Source: Sminthopsis crassicaudata
Taxonomy: Eukaryota
Assembly (NCBI RefSeq): GCF_048593235.1
Contig: NC_133621.1
Coordinates: forward strand, 91,193,148-91,257,147
Reading direction: 5' to 3'
DNA: 64,000 nucleotides
Made by a program: the position numbers and the translations under genes. This document shows positions 1 through 12,240 of the stretch, one piece after another (position 1 is the first letter of the stretch; every line of letters begins with the position of its first letter). The notes under the pieces are model-generated. The model ran no database searches. It was not told the DNA's origin and saw only the letters and a list, made by a program, of their open reading frames with translations.

Positions 1-673
1 CTATAGCATATGCATCTCTTGCATATCTTCACATTAATATCAACATTTTCCCTAAATAGCTACCTCTTTAACCTTTATCGCATACCTCACATGTTTATTA
101 TTCCATGTATATATAGCATATCCATCCATACATCAATTAAAGACTGTTTCCAGATTTCTTGTAGGCTGGAAGAACAAGGACCATTCACTGATCCAACCCA
201 ACTACTGATCTACATGGAAGCTTTGACCTTTTCTATTTCTGACCTGGGCCCCTCCTTAGCAGTCCCCATAATGTCACCAGATTTACACCTGATTAGCCCT
301 AATGCATCTTAGAATGCTACAATTCAGTTGAACCACCAGTCTCAGTCTCTCCTGGTAATAGAGATGAAAGGTTTGTACAATCATATCCTGCACATGAATA
401 ATTCTTAATTCAATGGTAATTCAGAGTAGAATTTTTATCCCCCATCCAAATGGACAGTGAGACCAGGATGCCTGGAGTTGGGAATAGTTAAGGGAAAGGT
501 TCATAGTGCCAAAAAAGAGTTGATGGGGATATTGGAGATATTTAGAAACTGAGAAGAGAAATTATTTCCCCAAGGTCACATAGGAAATAAGTGGCACAAC
601 CAAATTAAGTTGGAAGGGAGAAAAATGAAGGAAAATGAGTTGTCATAAATAGAGGGGGAAAGTACAGTAATTC

Positions 674-679
674 TTTATT
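674..679 (-). terminator. Candidate polyadenylation signal (AATAAA) of the unnamed zinc-finger gene
   Basis: + strand TTTATT at 674-679 reads AATAAA on the minus strand, about 600 nt past the stop at 1273. T-rich sequence follows on the minus strand. Confidence 0.45.
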
Positions 680-1272
680 TGTACAATCTTTTGAGCACAC
701 TGAAAAATATATTCTATAAAAGTGAAGCGAAATAATTATACTGATTTGAACTTCCATCTCTCAGCCCTCCTCCCCCCTGACACCACAGAATGAAGTTTCC
801 ACCCTGGAGCTCTATACCCTGGAGTCTCAAGTCTCAGATCTCTTTGTTCCCACATTTGTTACAAATGAGGTGATAATGAAGGGAGCAGTAGTTCTGACCA
901 AAGCAACTATGCTCAGCAAGATGGGTTCTCCTAAGTCTTGGGACACCAAGTAATTCCAGGGAATAGCAGGCACTAGATAGGCCACATACACCTGCAAGAT
1001 CCAGTCCTTCCACTCTCTTGGACTTCTCACCACCATCATGGACCTACTCTCTCATCTCATCTTTTTCTATAGTTAGAGGTTGGAACGCAGAACACAACAG
1101 ATGTGACTTCAGTGAACTGTCTTTGTATGGTCTTATTACAGGTGATATTCTAGGTGGAGGAGCACTGAGCTTGGCTTAGGTGCCCCTCAGTTCCACAGCC
1201 ATAGTTGAATGCACAAGTCTGGAGAGACCCTTCTTGGGCAAAGCTCCAGCTCCAGCAAGGACAGAAGTAGCA

Positions 1273-1800
1273 TCACTGCTCCTCAGAGACCTCAGAGCAT
1301 TGGGGTGAAGTAGGGGACATTCTGGCATGGGTACGCTGATGGTTAAGGAGGAAGCGGGCCTCTCGGAAACAGCGCCTGCACTGAGCACACTGGTAAGGTT
1401 TCTTGCCACTATGGATGCGCCGATGGGTGAGCAGATTCTGTTTGAGGCTGAATCGCCGTCCACACTCAGGGCACGGGAAAGGACGCTCACCTGTGTGGAT
1501 GCGTTGGTGGACAGAGAGATTGTGCTGGATGCTGAAGGCCTTCCCACACTCAGGGCAGACATACAAAGCCCTCCCTGCTCCACTCATTCCAGTGTGAGCC
1601 TTATGGTGCCGAACTAGGCTAGACTGCTGAGGGAAGGTCTGACCACACAACAGACATCGATAGGCCTGTTCCTCTGCTGGATGGTGGATAACGAGGCCCT
1701 GATCATCACTGGGACTCTCATCATCTGCCTCAGGAGGCTCTCCTTCTAGGGGGGGCAGGTCCGACATGGGCACTTCCAACAGTTCAAGGGTTCCATTCAT
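1273..1800 (-). CDS. Unnamed C2H2 zinc-finger protein, 175 aa, 4 intact fingers; positional orthologue of mouse AI854703 / human LOC728743
   Basis: ORF contains YRCLLC..HHKAH, YVCPEC..HQRIH, FPCPEC..HRRIH and YQCAQC..HQRTH, with TGERP and SGKKP linkers. A pyrimidine tract plus ccccag acceptor puts the exon start at 1814, 14 nt before the ATG and open in frame. Orthology is from recalled gene order (next to ZNF775). Confidence 0.85.
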   Translation of the reverse strand: MNGTLELLEVPMSDLPPLEGEPPEADDESPSDDQGLVIHHPAEEQAYRCLLCGQTFPQQSSLVRHHKAHTGMSGAGRALYVCPECGKAFSIQHNLSVHQRIHTGERPFPCPECGRRFSLKQNLLTHRRIHSGKKPYQCAQCRRCFREARFLLNHQRTHARMSPTSPQCSEVSEEQ

Positions 1801-3699
1801 TAAATCACCAACCTCTGGGGAGACACAGAGAAAGGGTTTAGAAAATGGAATGGTTCCTCTCCCGACTAGTCCAGACCAGGGAAATTTCCCTGCATATTCC
1901 CTACTAACATTTTACATATGAAAACATATCAGTTAATTCTAGAACAGACTTGATATTGTCTACAACACAGTTGTCGAACTTTGTGATTTTCTAAGTCAGT
2001 GGTCTCACAGGGTTCCTTTTCCTGGTCTAGATTAAGGCCGTCATTTTGCAGGTGAGGAAAGAAAGAACCAGACAGGATGAGTATTGTAGTAATTGCTGTT
2101 GTTGTTGATCTGGGTTTGTGCCTAATGCAGGATAGCATTCATCTCTAGATTCTATTCTTAGAAAGTCTTTCAATTCAAGGACCACTCATGAATCCAGAAG
2201 AGAGATGAAGCATGTTGCCTAGCTTTTGACAGGGAGGTGATGGATGAACTTGGAATGAGTTCACATGAGACCTATATTTTTGGATGGGCAAATGCAGGAA
2301 TTTGTTTTGCTTGACTATGAATATTTCTTGTGCATAGGGTTTTTCCCTTTTTAAAAAACTAAGGATGAGAGGAGGAAAAAGTAAATTTTTATTTGGTTTG
2401 GTTGAAAAATATAAAACTATTTCAATAAATAAACTACAAAAAAAAAAAGAGTTCCTGAAGTATAGCATGGTTAACTGACTTGTCCAAAGTCATAGGGAGA
2501 GTACAATACATTTGTATTAAGTAGAGCTTAAATGCATATCCTCAAGCATCTTGCATAGTGCCCAACACTGCCTGTGGATTGATCGCCTCCAGGCTTCAAG
2601 GCCAAACTCCCTCCATTGCACTACACTATTTGTACAGTAATTCTTCATATTATATCCATAATTAAAGACTCCATTATTACCCTTGAAGATGAAGCAAGGA
2701 TGCCTTGTGTTTCTTAGTACCCTCAATGCTACCAGAAGTGAACATTCATTAGAGGAGTCAATAAATATTTATAGATTAACTCAAATTAATCTTGGGATTC
2801 CTTCATTTATCATTTTAAGTCTCAAAGGCCCTCTTCTCCCACAGGGTATGTACTCTAGTAAAAATATTAATTTTTTTTATTACCATGGGCAGTAGCAAGA
2901 GTGTGGGAATTGAAGTTAAGAAGATTCAAGACCTCAGATGCATTAACTGTACTAGAAAACTCATTTAATCTTGCATGACTCAGTTTCCTCAATTGGGAAT
3001 GGGGTTAACAATAGCATCTACCTCACAGGGCTGTTGTAAGAATTGAATGACTTAATGTATATACAGCACTATATGAATTCTAGCTATTATCACAACAGTT
3101 ATAAAAAAGTCCTTTATACTTCTTTTAGTATTTCATTTTCTTTCCTCCTTCAAGGCAGGCAGGGATTATTTATCCCCATTTTCCAAATAAGGAAACTAAG
3201 CCTTAGGAAAGTTCAATTCGGTAAATTCAATTCAGTAAACACTTATTAAGTGCCTACTGTGTGCTAGGTTCTGGTGATACAAGACAAAAATCACTCCTTC
3301 AAAGTAGAAGATCCAGCTCCGGTCCCAAGCTTTCCCCTATACTCCTGCTCTCCAGCCTTTCCTGGAAGAACAAGCATTCATTATATACCCGACACTACTG
3401 GCCACACTTGCTTCCTTTCCCAAAATTCTGTGATTTGATCTTGAAGGTCAGACTCCAGAAGTTTGGGATTAAGAGTCCTGGATTTTCATCCCCTAGAACC
3501 ACTGCTGTATACTCTTCCCTTCTCCATCTTCCCATGTGTAAAGGGGGGAGAAGGTAGGGAAGCAGAGACGACCTGGGGATATTTGGGAGCATCAAGCAAA
3601 GTCAGCGGGACAGAGACACTGGAGGCCGCCCCAGGAGGGAACCCAAATTTGGGGATTAGATAGCTCCTTTGAAAGGTCCCAAGTCCTTCCGTTGCATCA

Positions 3700-4700
3700 G
3701 TTCCTGCACCAGAGCCCGTTTAGATCTCCCTAGCCTGTCTCCTCCCACCCCAACCCCTACCGCCTAAGTAGGGTCGTCTCTCTCAGCGTTATCCGAGGAA
3801 GAGCTGGTGGTGATTCCTGACTTCTGCCCCCAGCTCCTGTGCCCGGCCCTCTGTCCCAAACTCACAAGTCTGGAATGTGTCCCAGCTCCTCCTCCTGGTT
3901 CCGACCCCACGAGAAGCTGCGCTGCATGCGGGAAATACGGTAACTTTAGGAGCCAGAGCTGGTTCCCACTGCTTCAAGGTAAATTTACAGTAAATACGGT
4001 AAACCTCCAGCTAAGCTTTCCTTTTAAATACAATAGCCCTCCCCCAGCCGCCCTTCAGGTACTGGGGTCTGCTCCGGTTTTGACTCAGAGCTCCGTAGGC
4101 CCGCTGGCCCACCCATCGCACCCCACCCTCAGCAGCAAGCCTCCAGGTTCATGCACAAAAAGGAGGCTGTAGCCGAGCTACTTGCTGCCCTCTCAAGCCC
4201 AGGCCCCATGCACTAGCGCTCTATTCAATAATTACGGTAACCCACCCGCAGCGACCTCAGGCAGCGTTAGATAAATAAGGTAATCTTCCTGCCGCAAAAG
4301 CCCACTCGGCTCTTCAGGGCTACAGGGACTCACCGCGCGACTCTCAGCAAATACGGTAACGCTTCCGCAGTGACAGCCTCAGTCCACCCACCACCTCCTC
4401 AGCGCGCCCGGTAAATACGGTAACTACCGCAGCGGTCCGCGGCTGGAGCAGGGACTTACGTGATTCTGCGGTCTGAGTGCCGAGTCCTGAGCTCTCCCCA
4501 CCACGCACGCCTCCCCAACAGCCCCAACAGCCCCAACAGCTGAGAGGTCTAACTGGCCCAAAAACCTGGCCCGCAGGAGGGAGGAGAGCTGGCGATGGGG
4601 GAGGGGTAACCAGCAACCCCAAGCGGGGGATTACTGGGAGAAACGGAAGGGTCCTCCCTGCCCCGATCTCTGCGCTCCAGAAATCATAGTATTTCGAGCT
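3700..4700 (-). promoter_or_regulatory. CpG island / promoter and non-coding first exon(s) of the unnamed zinc-finger gene
   Basis: Locally CpG-rich. Consensus minus-strand donors GCG|GTGAGT (exon end 4334) and CAC|GTAAGT (exon end 4460). No ATG in the candidate exons. Confidence 0.7.
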
Positions 4701-5854
4701 GAAGAGTCATTTAGCGCATCTTGTTTAACAGATGGAGAAACTGAGGCCATAAAAGTTAGTGACCAGGGTCACACAGAGGAGAAAACAAGTCTTCTGTCTC
4801 AAAATCCAAAACTCTTTATGGTACAAGAGATAGGACCAATAGTCCCCTGGAGGGAGAGCTGGGAACTCCCAAGGTCACAAGGGGCCAAAATAGATTGTGA
4901 AGAAACCTCAGGTTGCGATAACCTAAAATCCTTAACCCTAACAAATTCTCACCTTCAGAGAAATCCTACCATTACCTACTTGTGGGGCACTCAAACCTCT
5001 GCCCACTCAAAGCAGAAAGGATTTTTCCTTTCCATTCTTTTTCAAAATTCCCCTCCCCCACCTCCACATACATATGCATCCAGATTCCTTACCAGCTAGG
5101 TCAAATTCTCCTCTCCATTTTATAAAGCCAGCTCCCTGGTTCACCTCACATCAGGCCAGAATTGAGAGGAATTCAATGAAGGTACCAGATCTGAGCTTTT
5201 AGGATTTACTCACCAGTGACACTGGATTCCCTGCTTGGGGTGAATCCAGAAGGCCTGTCCTTCAGTCTCAGGGCTTTCACCCTTCACTATTCTCTAAAAT
5301 GATCCCTAGACTAGAGGCACAATGCTTCATAAATCTGAACTAGCTTTCCTTTCTTGCATTCAATGTCTTCTTCCCTCCAGCCTAAGGGTCGGGAAAAAAA
5401 AAAGCGATGTCTCTAGTTTCCCAAAAACTAACTTCTTCATCTAAACCTCAACCCTTCACTTATCTTAAAACTTTCTCACTCTCGTCCAATCAATTGCCAA
5501 GAATGTATCCTACAACCACCAAAATTCCAGTTCTCATTTTTTCTCTCTACCCCATAGGTCCCTCCTCTGATAAGTCAGCTTTTGCTTCCTGCCCTTGCTT
5601 CATTAATATTCCCCTCTCTCATGAATACTCAAATAATTCCTTCTCTGCAGGCTCCTTTTTCAGCCTACAAATACACTCCAAAAGGAAATTTTCCCTTGAC
5701 CCCACTATTTTTTTAGCTTCTGCTCCTATCTCTTCTCTTTGCTGTCAAACTCCTAGAAATGAATTTACATTTTTCAGCACTTTGCAGTATGGCTTATAAA
5801 TTGTCTCTTTAAGTCCACTAATGACCTTATTACTGCTAAGGATCTTTCATCTAC

Positions 5855-6376
5855 ATACCTCGTTGTTTGTCCTTCATTCTGAAAGAGAATCATGATATCA
5901 GAAAAGTGATGGCAAGATATTCGAGGAGAGCAGTGCAAAATCACCTACCTCACTTTCTGGGTCCAAAGGCAGGATGATGTAGATCAGGAGAAGGCCCTGG
6001 AGGCAACAGGAGACGTAGTCCTTTTTGAGGGAAGGTCTTCCACTGCCCTCATTTTTAACTGAAGCCACACCCATTTAATGATTTAATCTTGAAATCTTTG
6101 GAGGCAAGTACCTAGTCAAAACAAACTAACAAAAACCTCAATCTAAATAAATAAATAAATATGGGAGGGGAAGACCTTCAGGGTTTCGAGACAAAGCCGG
6201 AATGATTTCTATTTACATTCTGTTTGAGTCAATCAGGACCCAAACAATGACCTCTTGGTAGCCAATGAAAATCAGATTGGTTTTGGTTTTAGGCCTTGTG
6301 CTTAAGAAAGAAATCTGCCCAGTCAATCCCAAAATACCTTGGGAAGGTTCTGAGGTGAAAAAAAAAAAAAAAAAAC
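5855..6376 (+). mobile_element. Old marsupial interspersed retroelement with poly(A) tail (family not certain, WALLSI-like); a second partial copy lies at about 41995-42140
   Basis: Shares sequence with 41995-42140 (caaNNtcacctNcctcacttt...tctgggtccaa...gatcagga...ggccctgga) and ends in an A-run at about 6358-6375. Confidence 0.5.
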
Positions 6377-7363
6377 TGCTTTTAAGAGCATTTGTAGTAA
6401 GGGTATAATACCCTATGTGGACATAAGGAGGAAAGAGAAGGAAGGAAGGAGAAAGACAAGGAAAAGAAGGGAAGAAGGGAGAGAGTCATTCAACTCTTCT
6501 GCTCTCTACACTCGCCCTTGGAAATTTCATTCCTGTGCTTCGATTCCCTGTGCAGATGATCCTAAAATTAAATCACCAGTCCCTTTGTTTTCTGAGCTCC
6601 AGACCTGCATTGTCAATTGTTTATAAGATTTCCCTCCCAAATGTCCTTTAAGTAATTCAAACTCAAAATGTTCTTTAATGGAGACCAGTTAGTGAGGGAT
6701 ATATCCTTAGAACTTCTATAATATCTATGTGGTGATTTGATGAACCTGCTTTTGGAAATACTGGGTGGAAGAGACTTTTTACCCCATCCCCCACTCACTT
6801 CAGAGCATATAAAGGTGCTGTTTCTTTCCTGTTGATTTACCAAGTGGAGACAAAAACCCCAAATCTTTTAAGTAGCTACTGAGCAGCAACTGAGTATCTT
6901 TAAAAAGCTGATAGCCAAACTTTCTTTCTCTAGTGGTGTTAGTGAGATAAAGAAATATGGTGAGCCTCCTGGAAATCACAAGAAGTAACAATACATAACC
7001 TTGAACACATGGTACTATCTATTATTTGTCTCAGTGGTGTTCCTTCTTATCTAATCTTGGTAAAGGAGTAATGGAGACAGAAAGGACAAGGTTATGACCT
7101 TGTGAATTTTGAAAGCCACCAGAAAGTTTCCCAAAAAGGGAGTCTATAAATAGATTCAGTCCAGAGTAGATTGATCCAGAAGCCAAGGCAGTTTCCCTGG
7201 GTCCTACAAGCAAGGGAGAAATTTATCTGTTGATTTAGACCCATTTAGAAGTGAACTTTATGGGGAAGGAGTGTTTAATAACTACCACATTAAGTTGGAG
7301 CTAATTCTTCCTAGGGACCAAAGTGGTAACTTGGAGAAGTTTTGTCTTTCAGTTTCTGCTATA

Positions 7364-7517
7364 TTTTCTTTTTCTTTTTTGCTGAGGCAAATTGGGGTTA
7401 AGTGATTTGCCCAGAGTCACACAGCTGGGAAGTGTTAAGTGTCTGAGATCACATTTGAACTCAGGTCCTTCTGACTTCAGGGCTGGTGCTCTATCCACTG
7501 CGCCACCTAGCTGCCCC
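7364..7517 (-). mobile_element. WSINE1-type tRNA-derived SINE, full length
   Basis: Minus strand reads GGGGCAGCTAGGTGGCGCAGTGGATAGAGCACCAGCCCTGAAGTCAGAAGGACCTGAGTTCAAAT...TCACTTAACCCCAATTTGCCTCAGC plus an A tail. Pol III A and B boxes are visible. Confidence 0.9.
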
Positions 7518-8639
7518 TTTCCTGTTTTATTTTCATAGCAAATATCCCTTTGTAAAAATTAGTTAATGTTACCTGTTAATATTGGAGAGATGTTAACTGG
7601 TGGGGAAATGTATCAAATGGGGGCTTATAAACATTAGTATTAAATACTCCAAACACTAGTGTTCCCAGCTAAGACCCTGAGAGGAGCAGAAGCAGCTACT
7701 CTCTGAAAACCTAATCTGTCAATGTGAGGGTGGATGGGAGAATAAACCCCAGTCTATTCTATAGTTCAAAACCAAATCTATTCTCTTTCTCCCTAATCCT
7801 CCTCTTCTAATCCTCTCTAATCCTCCTCTTTCTTTACCATTCCTAGCTAGGGTGATAACATTCATCCATCCAATCTCTCATTCCCACTACTTTAGGATTA
7901 TCTTCAACTCCCTTCTCCCTTATCTCTCATATTTACTCTATCAATCTACCAGGAACTACTGTAGCCTTCCAGATACTTTCTTTCCCCCTAAACTTGATGA
8001 TATGATATTCTACTTGTCTTACTTTGCCTATATTTTTCCTATGTTTCTTTCACTGGAAATTCATCTTTCTCCTACACTTTAAAAGTAGGAATCTTCTAAG
8101 ATTCCATCCTTGGCTGCTATCTTTTCTTTCACTGTGTTTTCATCTACTCCTGTAGCTTCAGTTAACATTTAAAGATGAATCCCAAACCTTTATCTTCACC
8201 TTCAATCTTTCTCCTAATCTCTGGCCTAATATTTTCAATTCCCTATTAGATATCTCTATCTGGATGTCTATAATATAAAATTCGAGAAGTCTACATGTGA
8301 ATTATTTTTCTTCTCTCAGAAATATGACCCTTCTCTTAAATTTTTCATTTCTAACGACACGCCAAGAAGTAGCATGGTACAGAGGAAATAACATTGAATG
8401 AGGTGTTAGGGGACTTGGATTCAAATTTTGACTTTTTCACATACTATCTGTATGATTAATGGAATTCGACTTAAGTCTCTGGGATGCCTTTCAGCTCCAA
8501 ATTTGTGGGGAAAAAAAGTCGCATAAGTGTATTGCCTCAAAATCATCTCCTGCATACACTCAAAGTCCTCTTGATTCTACCTTAGTAGAATCTTTCTTGT
8601 GAGCATATTTTATATTCATTCTACAATCACCCCACTTCC

Positions 8640-9450
8640 AGTTCTCATCTTTTTCCATATATCCTATAAATCCTTCTACTTTGATAGTCTTCTCTGAAAT
8701 AGTATCCTAATTTCTTATAGTACAATAATGTTCCCATACATTCATATACAACTTTTTGCTCAGCCATTCCCCTTAGATTCTAGTTCTTTGCTTCTGCTCT
8801 CTGCCCTCTCTTCGGGATCAACAAATTTATTTTTTTGAAGTTATTCCCTTTATTATTATATGTATTTATTATATGTATTATCCTCTCAACCACTTCTCTA
8901 CCCATACCTGAATCCTTCCTGGTTGACTATGTGTTCAACCTTCCTTTGTCTATTTCAGATAAGAATAAAGTTCATCTGATATCTCTGTTTGATCATCATG
9001 ATTCATATTTGTCCTCATGTATATCAGTTATGAAAAACCCTAATTGTGGTTTCTTTTTCCTTGAACTGCTCTTTTCTAGATTCTTGCAGTATTTTTTTTT
9101 TCTCTGTTATGGAGACTCTAGATTTTATATAATATTCCCAGGATTGTTCCTTTTGGTTTTGTTTTCAGAAGAAGTGATTAATGGTTTCTCTCTATCTTTA
9201 CTCTGCTTTCTGGTTCTGATATATCGAGACAATTTTCATTTATGATTCTTGAAATATAGTGTCCATCCTTTTAAAAAAAAATTGGTTTTCATTAAGTCCA
9301 AAGATTATTAAGTTATTTCTCCTTGACCTCTATTCCAGGTCAGTAATTTTTGAAAGCTGTTATCTTACATTTTGTTTTTTCTTTCTTCAGTCTTTTGATT
9401 TTTTTTTTCCCCTTAGAACTCTAACAGCACTGTTTACAATAGTCTTTTAA
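8640..9450 (-). mobile_element. Degraded L1 fragments
   Basis: T-rich sequence with L1-like antisense motifs (cattcccc, tttttctgttatggagactctagattttat). Confidence 0.5.
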
Positions 9451-10274
9451 ATACCCTGGGGAGGACTCAGTAGACAAGAAGGATATTAGATTTGCTTGAA
9501 CCTTTTTAAGAGATCAAGTTTAAAGATGTACCCCAGGTATACAATAAGATTGTAATATAGAGCAAGAGAACAGAACCTGGTGAGTGAACATAGCACCAAA
9601 AGTAATCTAACATCAGGCAGGGTAGTTGAGCAGCTATACAACCCTTCACCTTTCTATACCTATTTATAGGCTCATTTTCTTGTTAAGTCTCTCTAAGTTT
9701 ATGTCAGTTTAGGTTATGAACTGAATATTACTAGGAATTCAAATTCTAATCAACTTGCAGAAATTAAAGTATCATAAGATTATATATTCAGGGCTTGAAG
9801 GGACATAAGTGGTCATTTACTTTCCAGCCCTTCACTTTAGAGATGAGTTAAATTGAAGTTCAAAATCAAAAAGGATATCAGGAGTTTGAACCTAGGTCCT
9901 GACTCTAAAGCCAATATTCTTTGTACTGTGCCAGCTGCCTATAATATGAAGCAGTCTTCTTCAAAAGACCTTATACCTCAGTATAAGAGGGACTCTTCAT
10001 GCTTCATAAAGACATCATCAGAGTATCGAATTGGGTGTCAATGGGAATGTCCACATCTTGGATAGGTTACTAGGACTGGGACAAAGGTCTCATTCTCAAA
10101 TCTTGTTAAGTTGACCTTGCCACTCCTGTTCAGTGCCCTACATATGTGTATCATATTTCTTGTATTCATACTGGTATCACAGCTTCCCCCCACCTTAATA
10201 CACTGGAAACTCCCTGAAGAGTAAGAACCATGTAGCTTTAGGTGAATCAGACTTTCTTGCTATACTGAATATGG

Positions 10275-10507
10275 ATATTTATGTTGTTCAATCGTTTCTC
10301 AGATGTCCAATACTTCGTGATCCCATTTGTGATTTCTTGGCAAAGAGTCTGATATGGTTTGCCATTTCCTTCTCTAGCTCATTCTGCAGGGATAAATGAC
10401 CTGTCCAGGGTCACACAGGCAGTAAACATCAAGGGCTGGATTTGAACTTGGGAAAACAAGTGTTCCTGATGCCAGGCCTAGTACTCAATCCACTGCATCA
10501 CCTAGCA
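10275..10507 (-). mobile_element. MAR1-type CORE-SINE with RTE-derived tail
   Basis: gttgttcaatcgtttc...cttggcaaag...ggtttgccatttccttctc (RTE tail) joined to the CORE motif ccagggtcacacag...ggatttgaac. Confidence 0.7.
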
Positions 10508-12179
10508 AGGCTTTAAAGCGCTGGGTAGAAGAAACTTACGGTTGACCTCACTCTAGGGGCAAGATCAATTTGGGATTCTGCTTGAGGGATATGTTTACAT
10601 CAGGATCCAGGCTGCCCATGCATTCACTGGGGAAGCCTTCATACTAGCTTTACTCTGGAGGTGCTATCTATTTGTTAGCAGTGTCAACTGACCATCTTTG
10701 GTCAGGAACCCTGAAAGCTGATGTTTATATGAAGATATTGGTCTCAGTAGCACCAAGTGGGGAGTCTCAGTGGAAAGAGTACTAGAATGGAAATCAAGCG
10801 ACTTGAAACCTAGTTTCAAAATTAACCAAGTCACTTAAATCATGTGTGCTTGTTTTCTCATCTGTGAAAAGAAAGGATAGGTGGATCAAGGCATACTAAA
10901 ATGTCAAACTCAAGATGAATTGACTGGTCTTGATCCTAGAAAACACAGGATGAAATTTCTTTTCTCTCAGTAGAGAGAGGAAGGGAAGTAAAGATGTACA
11001 ATGTTGCATATTATATCAAATTTAGATGCTGTTAATTGGGTTTTGCTTAACTTGTTCTTTATAACAAAGGAGGATGAGGAAATATGCTGGGAAATGATTA
11101 CAGTGTTTAAAAAAAAGCATAAAACTTTTTTTTTTTTTTTTAATGAAATGGTTAACTACCAAAGATGTGTAAGACAGAAAGCTTCCAAATACACCAAAAT
11201 AGTAATGGCAGCTCTCTTTGTGATAGCAAAAACCTGAAAACAAAATAGCTGTCCATCTGTTGATTACGAAACAGTTAAATTGTGATACTTAGTTGTAATG
11301 GAATAGAATCAGGAAAACAATATGCACTATGACTTCTACAATGTAAATAAAAAGAACAACAAAAAGCCCCTTAACACTATAAGTATAATGGCCAAATCTT
11401 ACTCCCAAAAGAGGTAAGAAAATTCACCTTCTTCCCTTCTTTACAGAGGTGAGGAACTCCGGGTTTGGAATATTGCATATTGTCAGAAGTGGTAATCTGT
11501 GGATTAGTTTTGCAGAACAATTTTTTTCTCTTTTATTCTTTGTTATAAGGGTTGAGCGCCTGGGAAGTGAAAGGAAGAGAAAGGAAAAGAAAAGAAAAGA
11601 TGGTATGGGGAAGGAAGGAATAGGTTCAGAAATAAAGGTGATATAAAAACAAAATATATCAATAAAAACATTTTTAATTCAAGAAACAAAGGAGTTAAAC
11701 TGTTATGAAATACCCTCCCAGCACCAACATTCCATGGTCGGTATCTTCAAGCTAAGGACCTAGCATAGTGTTCTCTGCACACTTGTCGATGCTTATAAAC
11801 TTTTGTCAAATTGTTGAATTCAAGTCAGTAAGTTATGCTATGGCTATTGTGTCCTTTGACAGTATCCTGAAAAGGAGGCCTGATACAAATTCACAGAATG
11901 AGGAAGCTATACTGGACTTTCATGATCTAGTCCTGTTTGGGTTTAAGAACTAGAGTTCAAATATCATCAATAGTCTCTCTCCAATGTAGATGAATGTGAC
12001 CTCTCAGCTCAGGAGCACAGCTGAAAAAGACCCAGGCACTTAAGTTGCTCAAGAATGATCCCCATAATGGGAAAATTATTTCCTTGCCTTCCTTCTAGCT
12101 CCTAAGGGATCATCCTTAAAATTTACACACTGAGCGGGGAACCTATACATGTATTCACATGTATAATATAAAGGATAAA

Positions 12180-12206
12180 CACACACACACACACACACAG
12201 AGAGAC

Positions 12207-12240
<34 letters not shown>
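12180..12240. repeat. Compound (CA)n/(TA)n/(CA)n microsatellite
   Basis: Read directly from the sequence. Confidence 0.95.

Noticed and set aside
10-312. 100-aa plus-strand ORF, and A/C/T-rich sequence faintly resembling a mitochondrial control region
   Set aside because: No recognisable domain or splice context, and no convincing mitochondrial motif.
1176-1617. Overlapping alternative-frame and antisense ORFs over the unnamed ZNF exon
   Set aside because: Shadow ORFs typical of GC-rich C2H2 coding sequence.
2680-2730. Peptide RVLRNT (minus strand), identical to part of the REPIN1 relic exon
   Set aside because: No suitable acceptor/donor geometry or other KRAB-B similarity; treated as coincidence. 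No KRAB-like exon was found for the third gene.
7794-7823. Three TAATCC (K50 homeodomain) sites in 30 bp
   Set aside because: They lie in pyrimidine-rich L2-like low-complexity sequence and are explained by local slippage.
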